From positions 110,360,001 through 110,424,000 of the forward strand of contig NC_043002.1 of NCBI RefSeq assembly GCF_006345805.1: 64,000 nt of DNA, in the 5' to 3' direction. Both the position numbers and the translations under genes were made by a program. This DNA is from Octopus sinensis (lineage: Eukaryota). Positions 26,860 through 40,999 of the stretch are shown here, piece by piece. The notes under the pieces were generated by a model, which saw only the letters and a list, made by a program, of their open reading frames with translations, did no database searches and had not been told where the DNA came from. How positions within the stretch are numbered: position 1 is the stretch's first letter; each line of letters begins with the position of its first letter.

Positions 26860-27972
26860 ACCAGCTATCGAATTGACAGTACCTTGGTAGATAAAGCAAT
26901 TAAGGGCATGAAGACAGCAAAGAAAATCCCTGGCCCATCAGGAATCACTGCTGAGATGCTTAAAATATCTGGCGTTGTAGGTTATAGTCTAGTCAATCAG
27001 GTGATACATGAAGGAGTCATACCCAATGACTAGTGTAGTAGCACCATAGTCAACATCTACAAAAGTAAAGGTGATGCATTAGATAGGAATAATTACAGAG
27101 GTATCAAATTATTGGATTAGGGGATGAAAATCACAGAGAGGGTCATAGCCCAACTAATTAGGAAGAAAGTTATATTAGATGAACTGCAGTTTGGGTTTGT
27201 GCCAGGGGGAAGCTCCTCTGATGCTATATTTCTGGTAAGACAGGTACAGGAGAAATTCCTAGCCAAAGATAAACCACTACTTGGCTTTTGTTGACATGGA
27301 GAAAGCCTTTGACAGGGCCCTTCAATCCCTTATCTGATGGTCAATGCAGAAACTAGAGATAGATGAGTGTTTGGTGAGAGCTGTGCAAGCCATGTACAAG
27401 GATGCTATCAGTAAGGTGAGGGTTGGCAACAAGTATAGTGAAGAATTCCAAGTTGAAGTAGGAGTTCACCAAGGATCAGTACTCAGCTCCCTCTTATTCA
27501 TCACAGTCCTTCAGGCAATAACAGAGGAATTCAAGACAGGATGCCCTTTGGAGATAAGCTGTGCTTGACAAGACCTGGCAAGCCAAGTGAGGTTATAGCT
27601 GTGGCTGATGCTAGTATTGCATAACCACTTAAAACCTTCAATTGTCAGGCAATATGCTGTGCTTGAGAAGACCTATTGAGTCAAGTGAAATTGTAGTCAT
27701 GACCGATGCCAATGCCGCCTGACTGGCTCCCATGTCGGTGGCACATAAAAAGCATCATTCAAGTGTGGTCAATGCTAGTGCTGCCTGACTGGCTCCCATG
27801 CTGTTGTCATGTAAAAAGCACCCACTGCAATTTCGGAGTGGTTAGCATCCAGCTGTAGAAACCTTGCTAGATCAGATTGGAGCCTGGTGCAGCCGCCTGG
27901 CTTGCCAGTCCTCAGTCAAACCGTCCAACCCAAACCCATGCCACCATGGAAAGCAGACATTAAATGATGATG
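26860..27972 (+). mobile_element. Decayed RTE-clade LINE: RT fragment plus 3' tail
   Basis: GPSGITAEMLK...KGDALDRNNYRGIKLL...QFGFVPG...FVDMEKAFDR...VGVHQGSVLSSLLF, with stops. Confidence 0.9.
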
Positions 27973-28039
<67 letters not shown>

Positions 28040-28315
28040 CCCTCTCTCTCTCTTACGGAGAGGCACTGAGCACCTACACGCACACATACACACACGGCAG
28101 TAACTTCCGCCTACCGAATTCAATCACAAAGCTTCGGTCAACTCAGGGCTATAGCAGAAGAGACCTGTCCAAAGTACCACGCAGTGGGACTGAACCCAAA
28201 ACCATGTACATAGGAAGCAAGCTCCCTAACCACACAGCCATGCCATATATATATATATATACGTTTAAATATTTGTTGTGCAAGATTTTTTATGTGAAGT
28301 CGTGTGTTGAAACAG

Positions 28316-28580
28316 ATATTGTTGTATTTAGGAATGGTCATTTTGCCAGTTTAGCCAATAAAAACACACGCACTATATATTTGGTGTTACTTTGCTTCAG
28401 TGTTATTTATTTTTTACATTAATCTTAATCTTATTTCGTCCAGAGTTCTTTCGTCACACTCCTGTGACCGCATCAGTGGTCCTTTGTTTTCTTCTTACTT
28501 ATTCGTGTCTCTCCTTACTATATAGTGTGTGTCTTTATTGGCTAAACTGGCAAAATGACCATTCCTAAATACAACAATAT
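28316..28580. repeat. ~62-bp inverted repeat (47 bp perfect) with 139-bp spacer, in (TA)n
   Basis: Arms 28316-28379 and 28519-28580. Confidence 0.9.
28440..28479 (-). ncRNA. Minimal hammerhead-like motif (core CUGAUGC-G)
   Basis: CCA-CUGAUGC-G-GUCAC(AGGAGU)GUGAC-GAAA-GAAC-UC|UGG. Helix II has 5 bp and helix I has 3 bp; A9 is replaced by C. Confidence 0.5.
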
Positions 28581-28783
28581 ATATATATATATATCATCGT
28601 TTATATATTTATATATAGTATAGTTAAATGATTGTGATATATCATCATCATCATCATCATTTAGCGTCCGTTTTCCATGCTAGCATGGGTTGGACGGTTC
28701 TACTGGGGTCTGTGAAGCCAGAAGGCTTCATCAGGCCCAGTCAAATCTGGCAGTGTTTCTACGGCTGGATGCCCTTCCTAACG

Positions 28784-28827
<44 letters not shown>

Positions 28828-29085
28828 AAGAGAGAGAGAGAGGAGAGAGAGAGATACATACAAACATGTATGCATATATTGATATACAGATGGGCTAGTA
28901 TGTATACATGCACATATGTGCACAGCGATAAATATAACTGATGACTCATGGAAACAGATGGGTAATAAAAACAAATTGCAAAATTGCTATCTACTTAGTT
29001 GATAAAACAATAAACAATGTCAAAATAATATCTACATACACACACACACATATGCACACGTGGTGTATGTATGTATGCATAAGTA

Positions 29086-29137
<52 letters not shown>

Positions 29138-29174
29138 TATATATATATATATATATGTATATTATATATATGTA

Positions 29175-29245
<71 letters not shown>

Positions 29246-29424
29246 GTGTGTGTGTGTGTGGATATTATATATACATATATACATATATATATAATAAATA
29301 GATAGATAGATAAATAAATGAATATATATATATGCATATATATATATATATATGTGTGTGTGTTGTGTGTGTATATATATATATATATGTATAATATATA
29401 TATATATAATATATATATATGTAT

Positions 29425-30870
29425 ATCATCATCATCATCGTCGTTTAACGTCCGTTCTCCATGCTAGCATGGTTGGACGGTTCGACCGGTGTTCTGGGAA
29501 GCCAGAAGGCTGCACCAGGCTCCAGTCTAATTTGGCAATGTTTCTACAGCTGGATGCCCTTCCTAACGCCAACCACTCCGTGAGTGTAGTGGGTGCTTTT
29601 TACGTGCCACCTGCACAGGTGCCAGGCGGGGCTGGCAACGGCCATGGTCAGATTGGTGTATTTTATGTGCCACCGGCACGGAAGCCAGTCGAGGCGGTGC
29701 TGGCATCGGCCACGAGTCGGATAGTGCTTTTTACGTACCACCAGACCAGGGATCCTGGCTGGTTCAATTCGATTTCGATTTCGCTTGCCCCAACATGTCT
29801 TCACAAGCAAAGGGGGTTGGCAAGGGGCCTTCTTACGGTCGCATTGGAGTATTTTACGTGCCACGGCCCGCCAGTCGATAGTGCTTTTTACGTACCACCA
29901 GACCAGGGATCCTGGCTGGTTCATTCGATTTCGATTTCGCTTGCCCCACTGTCTTCACAAGCAAAGGGGGTTGGCATGGGTGCCTGTCGTACGGTCGCAT
30001 TGGAGTATTTTACGTGCCACGGCCCCGAGTCGGATAGTGCTTTTTACGTACCACCAGGCCAGGAATCCTGGCTGGTTCAATTCGGTTTCGATTTCGCTTG
30101 CCCCAACATGTCTTCGCAAGCATGGGGGGTTGGGATGGGTGTCTGTCGTCGGATGAGTTCTAATCGACTTCGCTTGCCTCAACCGGTCTTTGTGTGTCCA
30201 GGGAGAAAGGCATTCATGTGGGCTGGGCTCACTTGTCCTGCCTGGTCTTCTCACGTACAGAATATTTCCAAAGGTCTCGGTCTCTTGGTCATTTCCTCAT
30301 TGAGGCCTAAAGTTCGAAGGTCGTGCTTCACCACCTCGTCCCAGGGTTTTCCTGGGTCTACCTCTTCCACGGGTTCCCTCAACTGCTAGGGATTGGCACT
30401 TTCTCACACACCTATCTTCATCCATTCTCGCCACATGACCATACCAGCGCAATCGTCTCTCTTGCACACCACAACTGATGCTTCTTAGGTACAACATTTC
30501 TCTCAAGGTGCTAACGCTCTGTCGAGTATGTACACTGACATACACATCCATCGGAGCATACTGGCTTCATTCCTCACGAGCTTACGCATGTCCTCAGCAT
30601 CACAGCCCATGTTTCGCTGCATGTAGCATGGCTGTTCGTACACACGCATCATACAGTGTGCCTTTTACTCTGAGCGAGAGGCCTTTAGTCACCAAGCAGA
30701 GGTAAGAGCTCCCTAAACTTTGCCCAGGCTATTCTTATTCTAGCAGTTACACTTCAGCGCACCCACCCCCCTACTGACTTGGTCACCTAGATAACGGAAG
30801 CTATCAACTACTTCTAGTTTTTCCCCCTGGAAAGTGACGGAAGTTGTTTTCTGCAGATGTATGTAAGTAT
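29425..30870 (-). mobile_element. RTE LINE 3' fragment (RT C-terminus, 3' UTR tandem repeats, GAT tail)
   Basis: FQGEKLEVVDSFRYLGDQ and QERRLRWYGHVARMDEDRCVRKCQSLAVEGTRGRGRPRKT are contiguous with the tail found many times in the window. Confidence 0.9.
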
Positions 30871-31505
30871 GCATAAGTATATATATATAAGCATATATAT
30901 GTGTGTGTGTGTGAAGAAAACTAAAACAAACCATGGAAATAATCATACAGAACCTACCCAATTTACAATTCCACACACTGCAGGAGCATGATAAAAGAAC
31001 ATACATTTATTTAAACTCACCATGACCAAAATGCAGTACATGCCAGAATACCAGACACCTGAAGAAAAGTCACAGAAGCATTTATAAACTAATTTATAAT
31101 AAAAAAGGTGAGACTACATTCAGTGCATGTGTTTTCATTGGTAGGGTGACCTTTCCAAATTACAAGTATTATACACCTGCGTGTATATATGTATGTATAT
31201 ATGTATGCATGTATAACTATTAAGAATAAATTGATATTTGTGAATTTAATATATATTCATTCAGCTTCATTGTATAAAGACATCCTGTGGTTAAACCATA
31301 GGAATCTCAGCAAGATGAAACTGTGAACAGCTTGACTACTTTTGACTTGTTATTGCTATTTTATGATTAGCTTTTACTTGCATTCTCTCTACAGAGTGAG
31401 TAAGCACTTACGAAAAATGCAAGCACCATTTGCTTATTAATGCAGTTGAAATGGTATATACCTACTCATTGGTTTCTGAGCGTTCAATGTCTATGAATTA
31501 GGATA

Positions 31506-31890
31506 GGAAGCACTCCGTCGGTTACGACGACGAGGGTTCCGGTTGATCCGATCAACGGAACAGCCTGCTCGTGAAATTAACGTGTAAGTGGCTGAGCACT
31601 CCACAGACACGTGTACCCTTAACGTAGTTCTCGGGGATATTCAGCGTGACACAGAGAGTGACAAGGCCGGCCCTTTGAAATACAGGTACAACAGAAACAG
31701 GAAGTAAGAGTGAGAGAAAGTTGTGGTGAAAGAGTACAGCAGGGATCACCACCATCCCCTGCCAGAGCCTCGTGGAGCTTTTAAGAGTTTTCGCTCAATA
31801 AACACTCACAACGCCCTGTCTGGTAATCGAAACCACGATCCTATGACCGCGAGTCCGCTGCCCTAACCACTGGGCCATTGCGCCTCCACT
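31506..31890 (-). mobile_element. tRNA-Arg(TCG)-like SINE (family S4)
   Basis: GGCGCAATGGCCCAGTGGTTAGGGCAGCGGACTCGCGGTC head; 12-bp TSD TGAATTAGGATA. Confidence 0.88.
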
Positions 31891-31959
31891 TGAATTAGGA
31901 TATTTATTATTAGTTATCATTCATTGTAACTTACAAGGAAAAGTGGATTCTGTACAATA

Positions 31960-32530
31960 ATAAAAGACGTTCTTCACAGTGGTTAGACCAAAATGAAACA
32001 CCAAGAACCTTCCTTAAAGAAGAAGGATATCATGCCCGTTTGGGGGTGTGGTGCTGGACTCATCCACTATAACTTCTTAAAACCAGGAAAAAACGTTACT
32101 GCAGAAACATATTGTCGTGAAATTGTCAAAATGAATGAAAAACTGCTAATTCTCCATTCCAGACCGGTTAGCAGAAGAGGGTCAATCATTCTTCATGACA
32201 ATGTTTGACTACACATTTCACTAACGACGCTTCAGAAGTTGAGGTAACTTAGCTACAAAATTCTTCCCCACCCAATTTATTCCCCAGACTTTTCTCCTAC
32301 CGACTACTTTTTAAGAACCTTGGTGGTTTCCTTTGAGAGAAGGAGTACAAAAATCAAGCCAATGCTGAAAGTACATTCAGAGAGTTCATCAGCTCCAGAA
32401 CTCCAGATATTTATGTTACCAGAATAAACAAACTTGTAACTGGTTGGCAAAAATATGTTGATAGTAATGGTACTTACTTTGATGAAAAAATTTTTGTATT
32501 GCTGAAATATATTGTGAGGAATTTCAGGTT
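31960..32530 (+). mobile_element. Mariner transposase fragment (catalytic domain, decayed)
   Basis: GLIHYNFLKPGKNVTAETYC...IILHDNV...HPIYSPDFSPTDY...RINKLVTGWQKYVDSNGTYFD. Confidence 0.88.
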
Positions 32531-32682
32531 TCAAAACGTTGCTTACCTTTTGCTCAGCCTGATATACATATGTATATATATGTCTTTCATGTGTTTATGT
32601 ATTTTTCACTCGTTGGTGATGTCCTGTACTTAATATGTATTTTATATGTATATAAATAAATATATATATATTTATATATATA

Positions 32683-32914
32683 TGTTTCTTTACTACCCAC
32701 AAGGGGCTAAACACAGAGAGGACAAACAAGGACAGACAAACGGATTAAGTCGATTATATAGACCCCAGTGTGTAACTGGTACTTAATTTATCGACCCCGA
32801 AAGGATGAAAGGCAAAGTCGACCTCAGCAGAATTTGAACTCAGAACGTAACAGCAGCTGAAATACCGCTAGGCATTCCGGCCAGCGTGCTAACGATTCTG
32901 CCAGCTCACTGGCC
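32683..32914 (-). mobile_element. S2 SINE
   Basis: Matches the 1021-1254 copy. Confidence 0.85.
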
Positions 32915-33146
32915 TTAATATATACATATATATATGTATAAAATGTGTTGTAATCCAGTTTTTTATGCTCTAAGCCACTTGGTGGTAAATGGATGTGCTA
33001 TTAAATTAGTACCCAATTTCTCACCCTTATCGGTTTTGATTATATATATATATATATATAATATATATATATATATTACACATACATATATACTACATAT
33101 ATATGTATATACATACATATATATAACATTCATATATACATACATA

Positions 33147-34092
33147 TATTGGGTTGGCAACTAAGTTTCTGCCGTCTTTTTAACTTTTGGAATTTATTGC
33201 ATTTTTAAATTTTGGAATCTATTTTGTATTTTTGTAATTAATTTTAGTCAATTGCTTATTTTCACATCATTAAAATGGAATGTCAAGTTTAAAAAATTGA
33301 GCATTTTCGACACCTCCTTCTTTTTGCATTTAATCAAGGTTCTAAGGCCGCAAAAGCTGCTTGCGACATTTGTCCTGTATATGGAGAAGGTGCCATTGCT
33401 GAAAGAACCGCTTGTAATTGGTATGCAAAGTTTAAAAATGGAAATCTTAACCGCAAAAATGCACTTGTTCTGGCTGTCCAGTTGAGTTCGATGAAAAGTA
33501 AACTTTTGCACGAAAATTCTCATCAAATAATAAGGGAACTGGCAGAGAAAATGGAATGCTGTCACACTGCTATAGAGAAGCATCTTCACTCGATGGGAAA
33601 GGTTCAGAAGTATGGAGCATGGGTTCTGCATGCTTTAAGTGACAACTACAAAAATCAATGAGCCACAATCACCGCTGGTTTGCTTGCTCATCACCACTCA
33701 ACTCATGGACACAAGCAACGATTTCTTTACTGAATCATTACTGGTGACAAATGGTGCCTGTACATCACTATGAAGCAGTGGAAGGAATGAAACAAGATCT
33801 TCATTCACGTAAAACGATGTTATGTGTATGGTGGGACTGGGAAGGGATTATCCATTACGAATTGCTTGAACAAAACCAAACGGTCAATGCAGAATGACTC
33901 AACACGGCTATTCAAGAGAAAGGACCTAATTGGCAGCATGGAGTTCTGCTGCACAACAACGTCCACCCCCATATCACCAATATGACCAAGGAAGCCATTC
34001 AAACGCATGGCTGGGAAGTGCTGTCACACCTACCGTACACTCCTGATTTGGCACCAACGGATTTCCACCTCTTTCAATCTCTTTCGAATGCT
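33147..34092 (+). mobile_element. Mariner element, 5' TIR plus decayed transposase, truncated at (TA)n
   Basis: TIR-like TATTGGGTTGGCAACTAAG; HFRHLLLFAFNQGSKAAKAACDICPVYGEGAI...GAWVLHAL...[18 protein letters not shown]. Confidence 0.9.
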
Positions 34093-34138
34093 ATACACAC
34101 ATATATACATACACATATATACATACATACATATATTT

Positions 34139-34204
<66 letters not shown>

Positions 34205-35112
34205 TATACATATATATATATATATATATATACATACATACATTCAAATATATATACATATACAAATACAAATATATATATATATATACATACATATATA
34301 TATAAATTAGAAAAAAAACACTAGAATAGAAGGTGCTATGCAGTAGGACTGAGTTCAAAACAACATGGTTGCTTCTTAATCACATAACCAGAGTGATGTC
34401 AGCAACCTGTCAACATCCAGTCCGTGCATGTGTGCCTATGACTAAATAAAATATTTGGTATTGATTTCACAACATTATTACCACACAGCATGAGCTAATA
34501 GTTATGGGAATTCATGTAATTACAGGACATTTAACTGTAATAGTTACAGTTAGTTGTCAGGGATCAAAACAAATAAATGAATTATAACCTGAAAGGTTAC
34601 TATACTACTGACATTACATAAGCCCTGAAATATAAGAATAGCTATCACTGGTACTGCTGAAATGCTATTAAAGAGGGTGGTACAGTATATTATACAGGTG
34701 CTAAGTGAAGAGAATTAAAAAAACCCCAAAATAAACAAAATCAAGGCAACGCAAAACAATAGAAATAAAATAAGGTGAAAATAAAATGAGAAAATGAGAG
34801 AATGGATATAGGAAAATAAAAAGATTATAAAATGATAAAAATGGAATCCTCTTGTCATCAGAAAAAAAATAGAAGTGAAAGATTTTCTGTGATTCAAGTA
34901 ACTAAGAAAAATAACAGTTGCCATTTAATTTAAGTGTGTATCATCCGTAATCTATTGGATATTGGTTTGTTAGCGTTATCATATTTCTCACCTGATTGAT
35001 TATTGAGGAAACAGTCTAGCATATCTGAAACAGCTGTAATTCTATAATGCACAAATAAATGTATAAAACTCAATATATATACATACATACATACATACAT
35101 ACATACATACAT

Positions 35113-35145
<33 letters not shown>

Positions 35146-35884
35146 TAGATAGATAGATAGATATAGATATAATTGTAAGTGTAAACATATTCCTTTGTGT
35201 TCTTCATATACCATCAATACATAGGTAGTTATCTACCTATATGTATTTCTCTCTGCTTCTCATCTTCACTCCCCTATGTGAGTGTCGATCTATCTATCTA
35301 TATATATGTATGTGTATGCACATATATATATATATAACAAGGTAAAATACACTCATCTATTTATAATATATATATCACACTCATGCACTCACACACATGC
35401 ACACAAACACATACCTATTCATGGATATACACATACATTCATATGTGTGAGCATGTGTCAAAAACTAAGAAAAAATTCCTTTGCTCTCTCTCTCTCTCCA
35501 CAGTGTCTTTGTTTTTCTTTCATTTTCCTTTTACACTCTCTTATCCATTCTTACATTCATATATATACACTGAATCCATAACCATTTTTATCTTCTTTTC
35601 TAATCATTATCTATCATTCATGTTTCCATTTTCCACCTTCTCACAATATCTTTGTTTTTCTCATTTTGTACAGTTTCTTCCTATGACATTATTTATGTAT
35701 TATTTATTTTGTATTTTTTTCCAAACAATTTCTAACTACTATCTTGTTCGCTACAATTCTTCTTATCAACACACACGCTACAGAAGATTTATGAATCTAA
35801 ACACACACACACACTACATTTATATATTTATATACTACACACACATATAATATATACATATGGCCATATACATACGTGTATGTA

Positions 35885-35936
<52 letters not shown>

Positions 35937-36124
35937 TGTGTATCCTTCCTGTATATATATATATCATGATGATGATGATGATGATATATATATATACAGG
36001 AAGGATACACATGCATATATATGTTCATGTGGATTATATTTGTGTGTAGGTATATATATCTGTATATGGAAACAGACTCATATATATGTGTGTATGAATG
36101 TGTATATAAATATATATACATATA

Positions 36125-37245
36125 TCGACCTTTATCGACCTTTGGAAACCCCCTCTCTCAATACATAAAAGAGAATTGGAAAAGATTCCTGGACGATTGT
36201 TTTATAATCTGGAATGAAAACACAGATAAACTCAAAAAATTCAAAAACCTATTGAACAGCATCAACCCAAATATACAGTTCACAATGGAATACAACCAAA
36301 AGAAGCTTCCATTCTTAGATATACTAATTAAAAAAATTAATCTTAAAATAGAAACAGACATTTTTTACAAAGCCACAGACGCTAAACAATACCTACTTTT
36401 TGATTCATGCCACCCAAGACACACTAAAACAAATATCCCTTTCAACCTTGCAAGAAGGATATGCACAATAGTGTCAGAACAAAATACCAGGAACTTTAGA
36501 CTACAAGAACTCAAAAACACCCTAATTGACAGACACTACCCAGCTCAACTCATAGAGGATGGGATCAGACGTGCAACAGAAACCGACATAGAAACTTTGA
36601 GAAAAGTTCAACACAACAACACACCTTCCCCCAAAATACTGCCTTACATATCCACATACAACCCCAGAAACAAAGAAGCCTTCACCATCATCACCCAGAA
36701 TTTACCAATACTTCATATGGACCCCAAGTTAAAGGAAATTCTAAACATACATAAAATCATTAAAAGCTACAAACAACCTAAATCACTTAAAAAGACTCTC
36801 ACAAAGGCAAAATTGTTTTCTGAAATTACGGATGCGAAAGTAAAAAAATGTGGTGGACCAAACTGCGCAACATGCCCTAACCTTCTAGAAGGATCAGAAT
36901 TCCTTTTCAAAGAGGGACAAAAATTCAAGATCAGATCCAATTTTACTTGTGCTTCTGAAAACATAATTTATGTCATAAGGTGCTCGGGCTGCCACCAAAA
37001 CTACGTGGGGTCCATGGGATTATCACTCAGACATAGATGCACCTGCATCGACAACAGATTGCATTCCCAAAATACAGAATGATACCCTTTAGTGAGCATA
37101 TTGAAAAATGCGCAAAGCAACTACTACCACAATTTTTAATCTTTCCATTCTATCAATGTGCTATTGGAACACCAACACAAATTAGATTAAACAAGAAAAC
37201 ATTCTTCATTGAAAAATATAAGCCTAAACTTAACCATTCTAACAT
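36125..37245 (+). mobile_element. Penelope-like retroelement, 5'-truncated RT C-half plus GIY-YIG endonuclease, one frameshift near 37030
   Basis: WKRFLDDCFIIW...IQFTME...LPFLDILI...DIFYKATDAKQYLLFDSCHP...IPFNLARRI; CxxC linker; NIIYVIRCSGCHQNYVGS; ends FIEKYKPKLN. Both ends abut (TA)n. Confidence 0.92.
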
Positions 37246-37604
37246 TCTCATACAGAGAATCTCACTCCACTAAATAAAGGGAAGAGAAATATAAAGCGAT
37301 TATCTCCCTTATACCGGAAGAAATCGCTTATTACCTCCCCCACCTGGAACTCTTCTTTGCACTGCATAACGAAGACATAACACGATGTAAATAAGACATC
37401 TGAGAAAAATGAGAAATTTGAAAACATGAAACCAGTAATTTCTTCAAAAACTATGTTACTGCATGAAAAAATTTTATAACATTCTTCTAACATAATGACT
37501 CAAATATATTCTTTAACCTTATAAAACAAGCGTTCTGTAGTTTTTTCACTCTTTACTATTTTCTATATTTCCAACCACGTGCTTTCACACACCAACTTTC
37601 TTAC

Positions 37605-37661
<57 letters not shown>

Positions 37662-38742
37662 CATATATATATGCATGTATAAACGCATACATAAAGAAGC
37701 AAATCATAGTTATGCACTTGTATATGGCATTAAATTATTTATAGTAGATCTTGCATAAACATATTTGCTGGAAAAGGAATAGAGTTCTTTAAAATCTTTA
37801 CAGCTGTTTCAAAGATTCAGTATTTAGTTAATGCCTTAAAGGTTATTATGTAAATATGTGTTTATTGTGAAGACATTATAAATCCAAGTTTGAGGAAAAT
37901 AGAGAAGGAAGATCAAAGAGATAAAAAAATAAAGAAAATTTTTTTTAAAAAAACCATGTTAAGTAATTCCAGCCATGAGGTTGGCAAAATGACCTTTTGG
38001 GCAGGCTTAACATGGTACAGGCATCTAGGCATGTAAATGAGATCATAGCTGCAGAAAAATGCCAAGAATTATATAAGTCGAACATGAAAATAAGAAGGTA
38101 AAATAAAGTTGAATAAAAAGTGAATTTCTCTTGAGTTGTGTTGTCATTAACAACACTCTGTTAGAATTTCCAATCTCTCCATAAATGAAGATATTTTCAA
38201 AATATCATTCCCCTTAATCTAAACTGCTCATTAGTGGTTTCTCAGACAAGCTGTCTTACATCCCCAACACTGGGCTAAAAATTATGCTTGAACAATTAAC
38301 TCCACACAAAATGTCTACTGTAGATAATCCTAAAAGACCGTTAATATTGATAGTATCAATGCTAATGAAATAAATATAATTCTAACTCTTACTCCCATAG
38401 AACTTTCCATAAAATAAATTCCTCCCTTCCTAAGCATAATACTAACACTAACTGTTTATTCCCAGTTTTGTCTATGATTGTCCTTATAGTTGATGGCCTA
38501 AGTGAGTCAAAAGTGATTCTCTCCACCTAAAGTGTCTTGGATAACATAACAGGAGTAGAAGGCACAAAGTTCTCTTGTTTACACCCCTGTTTTGTTTACT
38601 AGTTACATATCAGCCTAAACTTTTCTTCAGTATTCTGATGTGTAGATTCCCACCTCAGTATAAGTACCACTCCATGTTTAACATTTCTGCTATAAAGCTT
38701 TCTAATGTTATAACACCTACCTAATCTTGAATCTATTATTTA

Positions 38743-39139
38743 CTAGTAGTATCACCCGACGTTGCTCGGGTTTGTAAGGGAAATAACTATATAAGCATTT
38801 TTAGAGAGTTATAGCCAAAAAATAGCCAAAAAATGCATTAAAAATGGGAAAAAAATGATGGTAAATTTTTTTTTAAATCGTTGACTCATCGTAGACATTT
38901 TTAGAGAGTTACTTCCCTTATATAATAGCGAAAAAATGCATTAAAATGGAAAAAAATTATGGTAAATTTTTTTTTAAATCGTAGACTCATCGTAGATGCG
39001 CGCTAATACCCAGAAGGGCTCGATATGAATCACGACTATAAGATACCTGGTTTTGGTTAAATTGCACCACAAAATGTGGGAGTAGTTAGGAATCTAAATC
39101 GTAGGAGACAGACACACAACCTTACTTTTATAATATAGA
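38743..39139 (-). mobile_element. Non-autonomous Helitron, interior type A
   Basis: Reverse complement of the 10177 copy with TC...CTAG termini at an A|T site. Confidence 0.88.
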
Positions 39140-39436
39140 TTGCAGGTTCTAATTGGTGGAAACTCAGCCCAATCCACACTTGATTTTGAGTATCTTCTAA
39201 ACTGTATTTCTAGTAACCTTAAGTAAAATAATTGTAATAATAACGATGTTAGTGTAACTTGCAATGATATCAGTACTAAAAACAATAGCAATATTGCTAT
39301 AACAGCCTTCAAAATAACAACCCGACCAGAGCCAAAAGTAAAATTAAAATTAGAAATAGAATATGAATATACCTAAGAATTATTGTAATACCAGCATCAG
39401 AGCTACTACTCTACTGCTACTGCTACTAATGATACT

Positions 39437-39509
<73 letters not shown>

Positions 39510-39522
39510 TATAATAATAATG

Positions 39523-39571
<49 letters not shown>

Positions 39572-39582
39572 TAATAATAATA

Positions 39583-39620
<38 letters not shown>

Positions 39621-39631
39621 TAATAATAATA

Positions 39632-39664
<33 letters not shown>

Positions 39665-39868
39665 TAATAATAATAATAATAATAAGAAGAAGAAGAAGAA
39701 GAAGAAGAAAGAAGAGTAGTAATGATAATAATAATAATATTTTAAAAAGGGATTGACGTAACTCTTCACAAAGGTAAACAGTCAAGACGAACAGCACGGT
39801 TCGATTGTAAGATCGAATCGCACTAAAAATAATGATGATGATGATGATGATGATGGTGATGATGATGT

Positions 39869-39905
<37 letters not shown>

Positions 39906-39945
39906 AATATTATTATTATTATTATTAATAATAATAATAATAATT
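39437..39945. repeat. Compound (TAA)n, (AAG)n, (GAT)n microsatellites
   Basis: Direct reading. Confidence 0.95.
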
Positions 39946-39948
39946 AAA

Positions 39949-40415
39949 TATTCTTCTCAATACCACAGATTTGCTTGTCAGTTGTTTGGCCTTAACCAGT
40001 CGAGCATGTCCCTTAGTGGCTGATGATATGTGCATCTCTGATCACGAGCAGAAGTAGTGGGGGAGCATCATAGCAATGTGTTGAGAGGGATTCTTTGGGG
40101 TTTGAATAATTCACCTCTGGAAACATGGGTGTTTCATTCAACATCCTTAAACAACCCTTATTCAGGGACCTTTCAAGTGGGATGGGTTACTCGACCTGAA
40201 GAAAATTCTAACTGGGCCCCACCTGCAAGGTCATGTGCTGTTTATCTTGATATGAGATCACCATGTCGCGCACATATGGTTGTGATGCATGTGCCTGGTG
40301 TACCCTTATCAGACGGGTAGTCATGATGGGTATACTGGGCTTCGTATATTTTACCCCAGTGTCACTTTGATGGCATGCACTGCTCTCTCACATAATAATA
40401 ATAATAATAATAATA
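39949..40415 (+). mobile_element. 5'-truncated retroposon with (TAA)n tail (family T)
   Basis: Matches the minus-strand copies at 46168-46473 and 46498-47167; embedded in (TAA)n. Confidence 0.75.
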
Positions 40416-40504
40416 ATGTTTAGTTCAAGTGCACTAGTTATAGAAATTTAGTAGTTTACATAGGAACAACTTCAGGGTTGCCTTAATGGAGGAATAATAC
40501 CAGA

Positions 40505-40965
40505 TTGGATGACTAGAAGAAGAACAATACTCCTTATGAAAGATAAAAGCAAGGGTAATACAGCCATCAATTATAGACCAATCACTTGCGTACCATTAAT
40601 GTGGAAGCTGTTAACAGGAATGCTTACTGAAAGCATTTACAAGCACCTTGACAACCAGAATTTACTGCCAGAAGAACAGGAAGGTTGCAAGAAGAAGGCT
40701 AGAGGAACGCATGATCTATTATACATAAACAAAGCAGTTCTAAATGAAATAAAAGCTAGAAAGAAAAATCTAACAATAGCCTGGATAGATTATAGGAAAG
40801 CCTATGACATGATCCCACACTCATGGATAAGTGAATGTTTAAGTATATTCAGTATAGCAGACAACATAAGAGAATTAATCAGCTATAACATGAAGAAATG
40901 GAAAATAGATCTCTACTCAGGTGACACACTCTTAGGGAAAGGTAATATCGAAAGAGGAATTTTCC
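40505..40965 (+). mobile_element. R4/Dong-like non-LTR retrotransposon RT fragment
   Basis: RTILLMKDKSKGNTAINYRPITCVPLMWKLLTG...EQEGCKKKARGTHDLL...AWIDYRKAYDMIPHSWI...RGIF. Confidence 0.8.
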
Positions 40966-40999
40966 GGAAGGGGGCTCGTTGTCAATTGCTACAAAAATC

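Noticed and set aside
34995-37830. Isolated GAAACAGCTGTA half-motifs at ~35030 (+) and ~37800 (-)
   Set aside because: The palindrome matches the 48814 family, but no intact upstream core was found.
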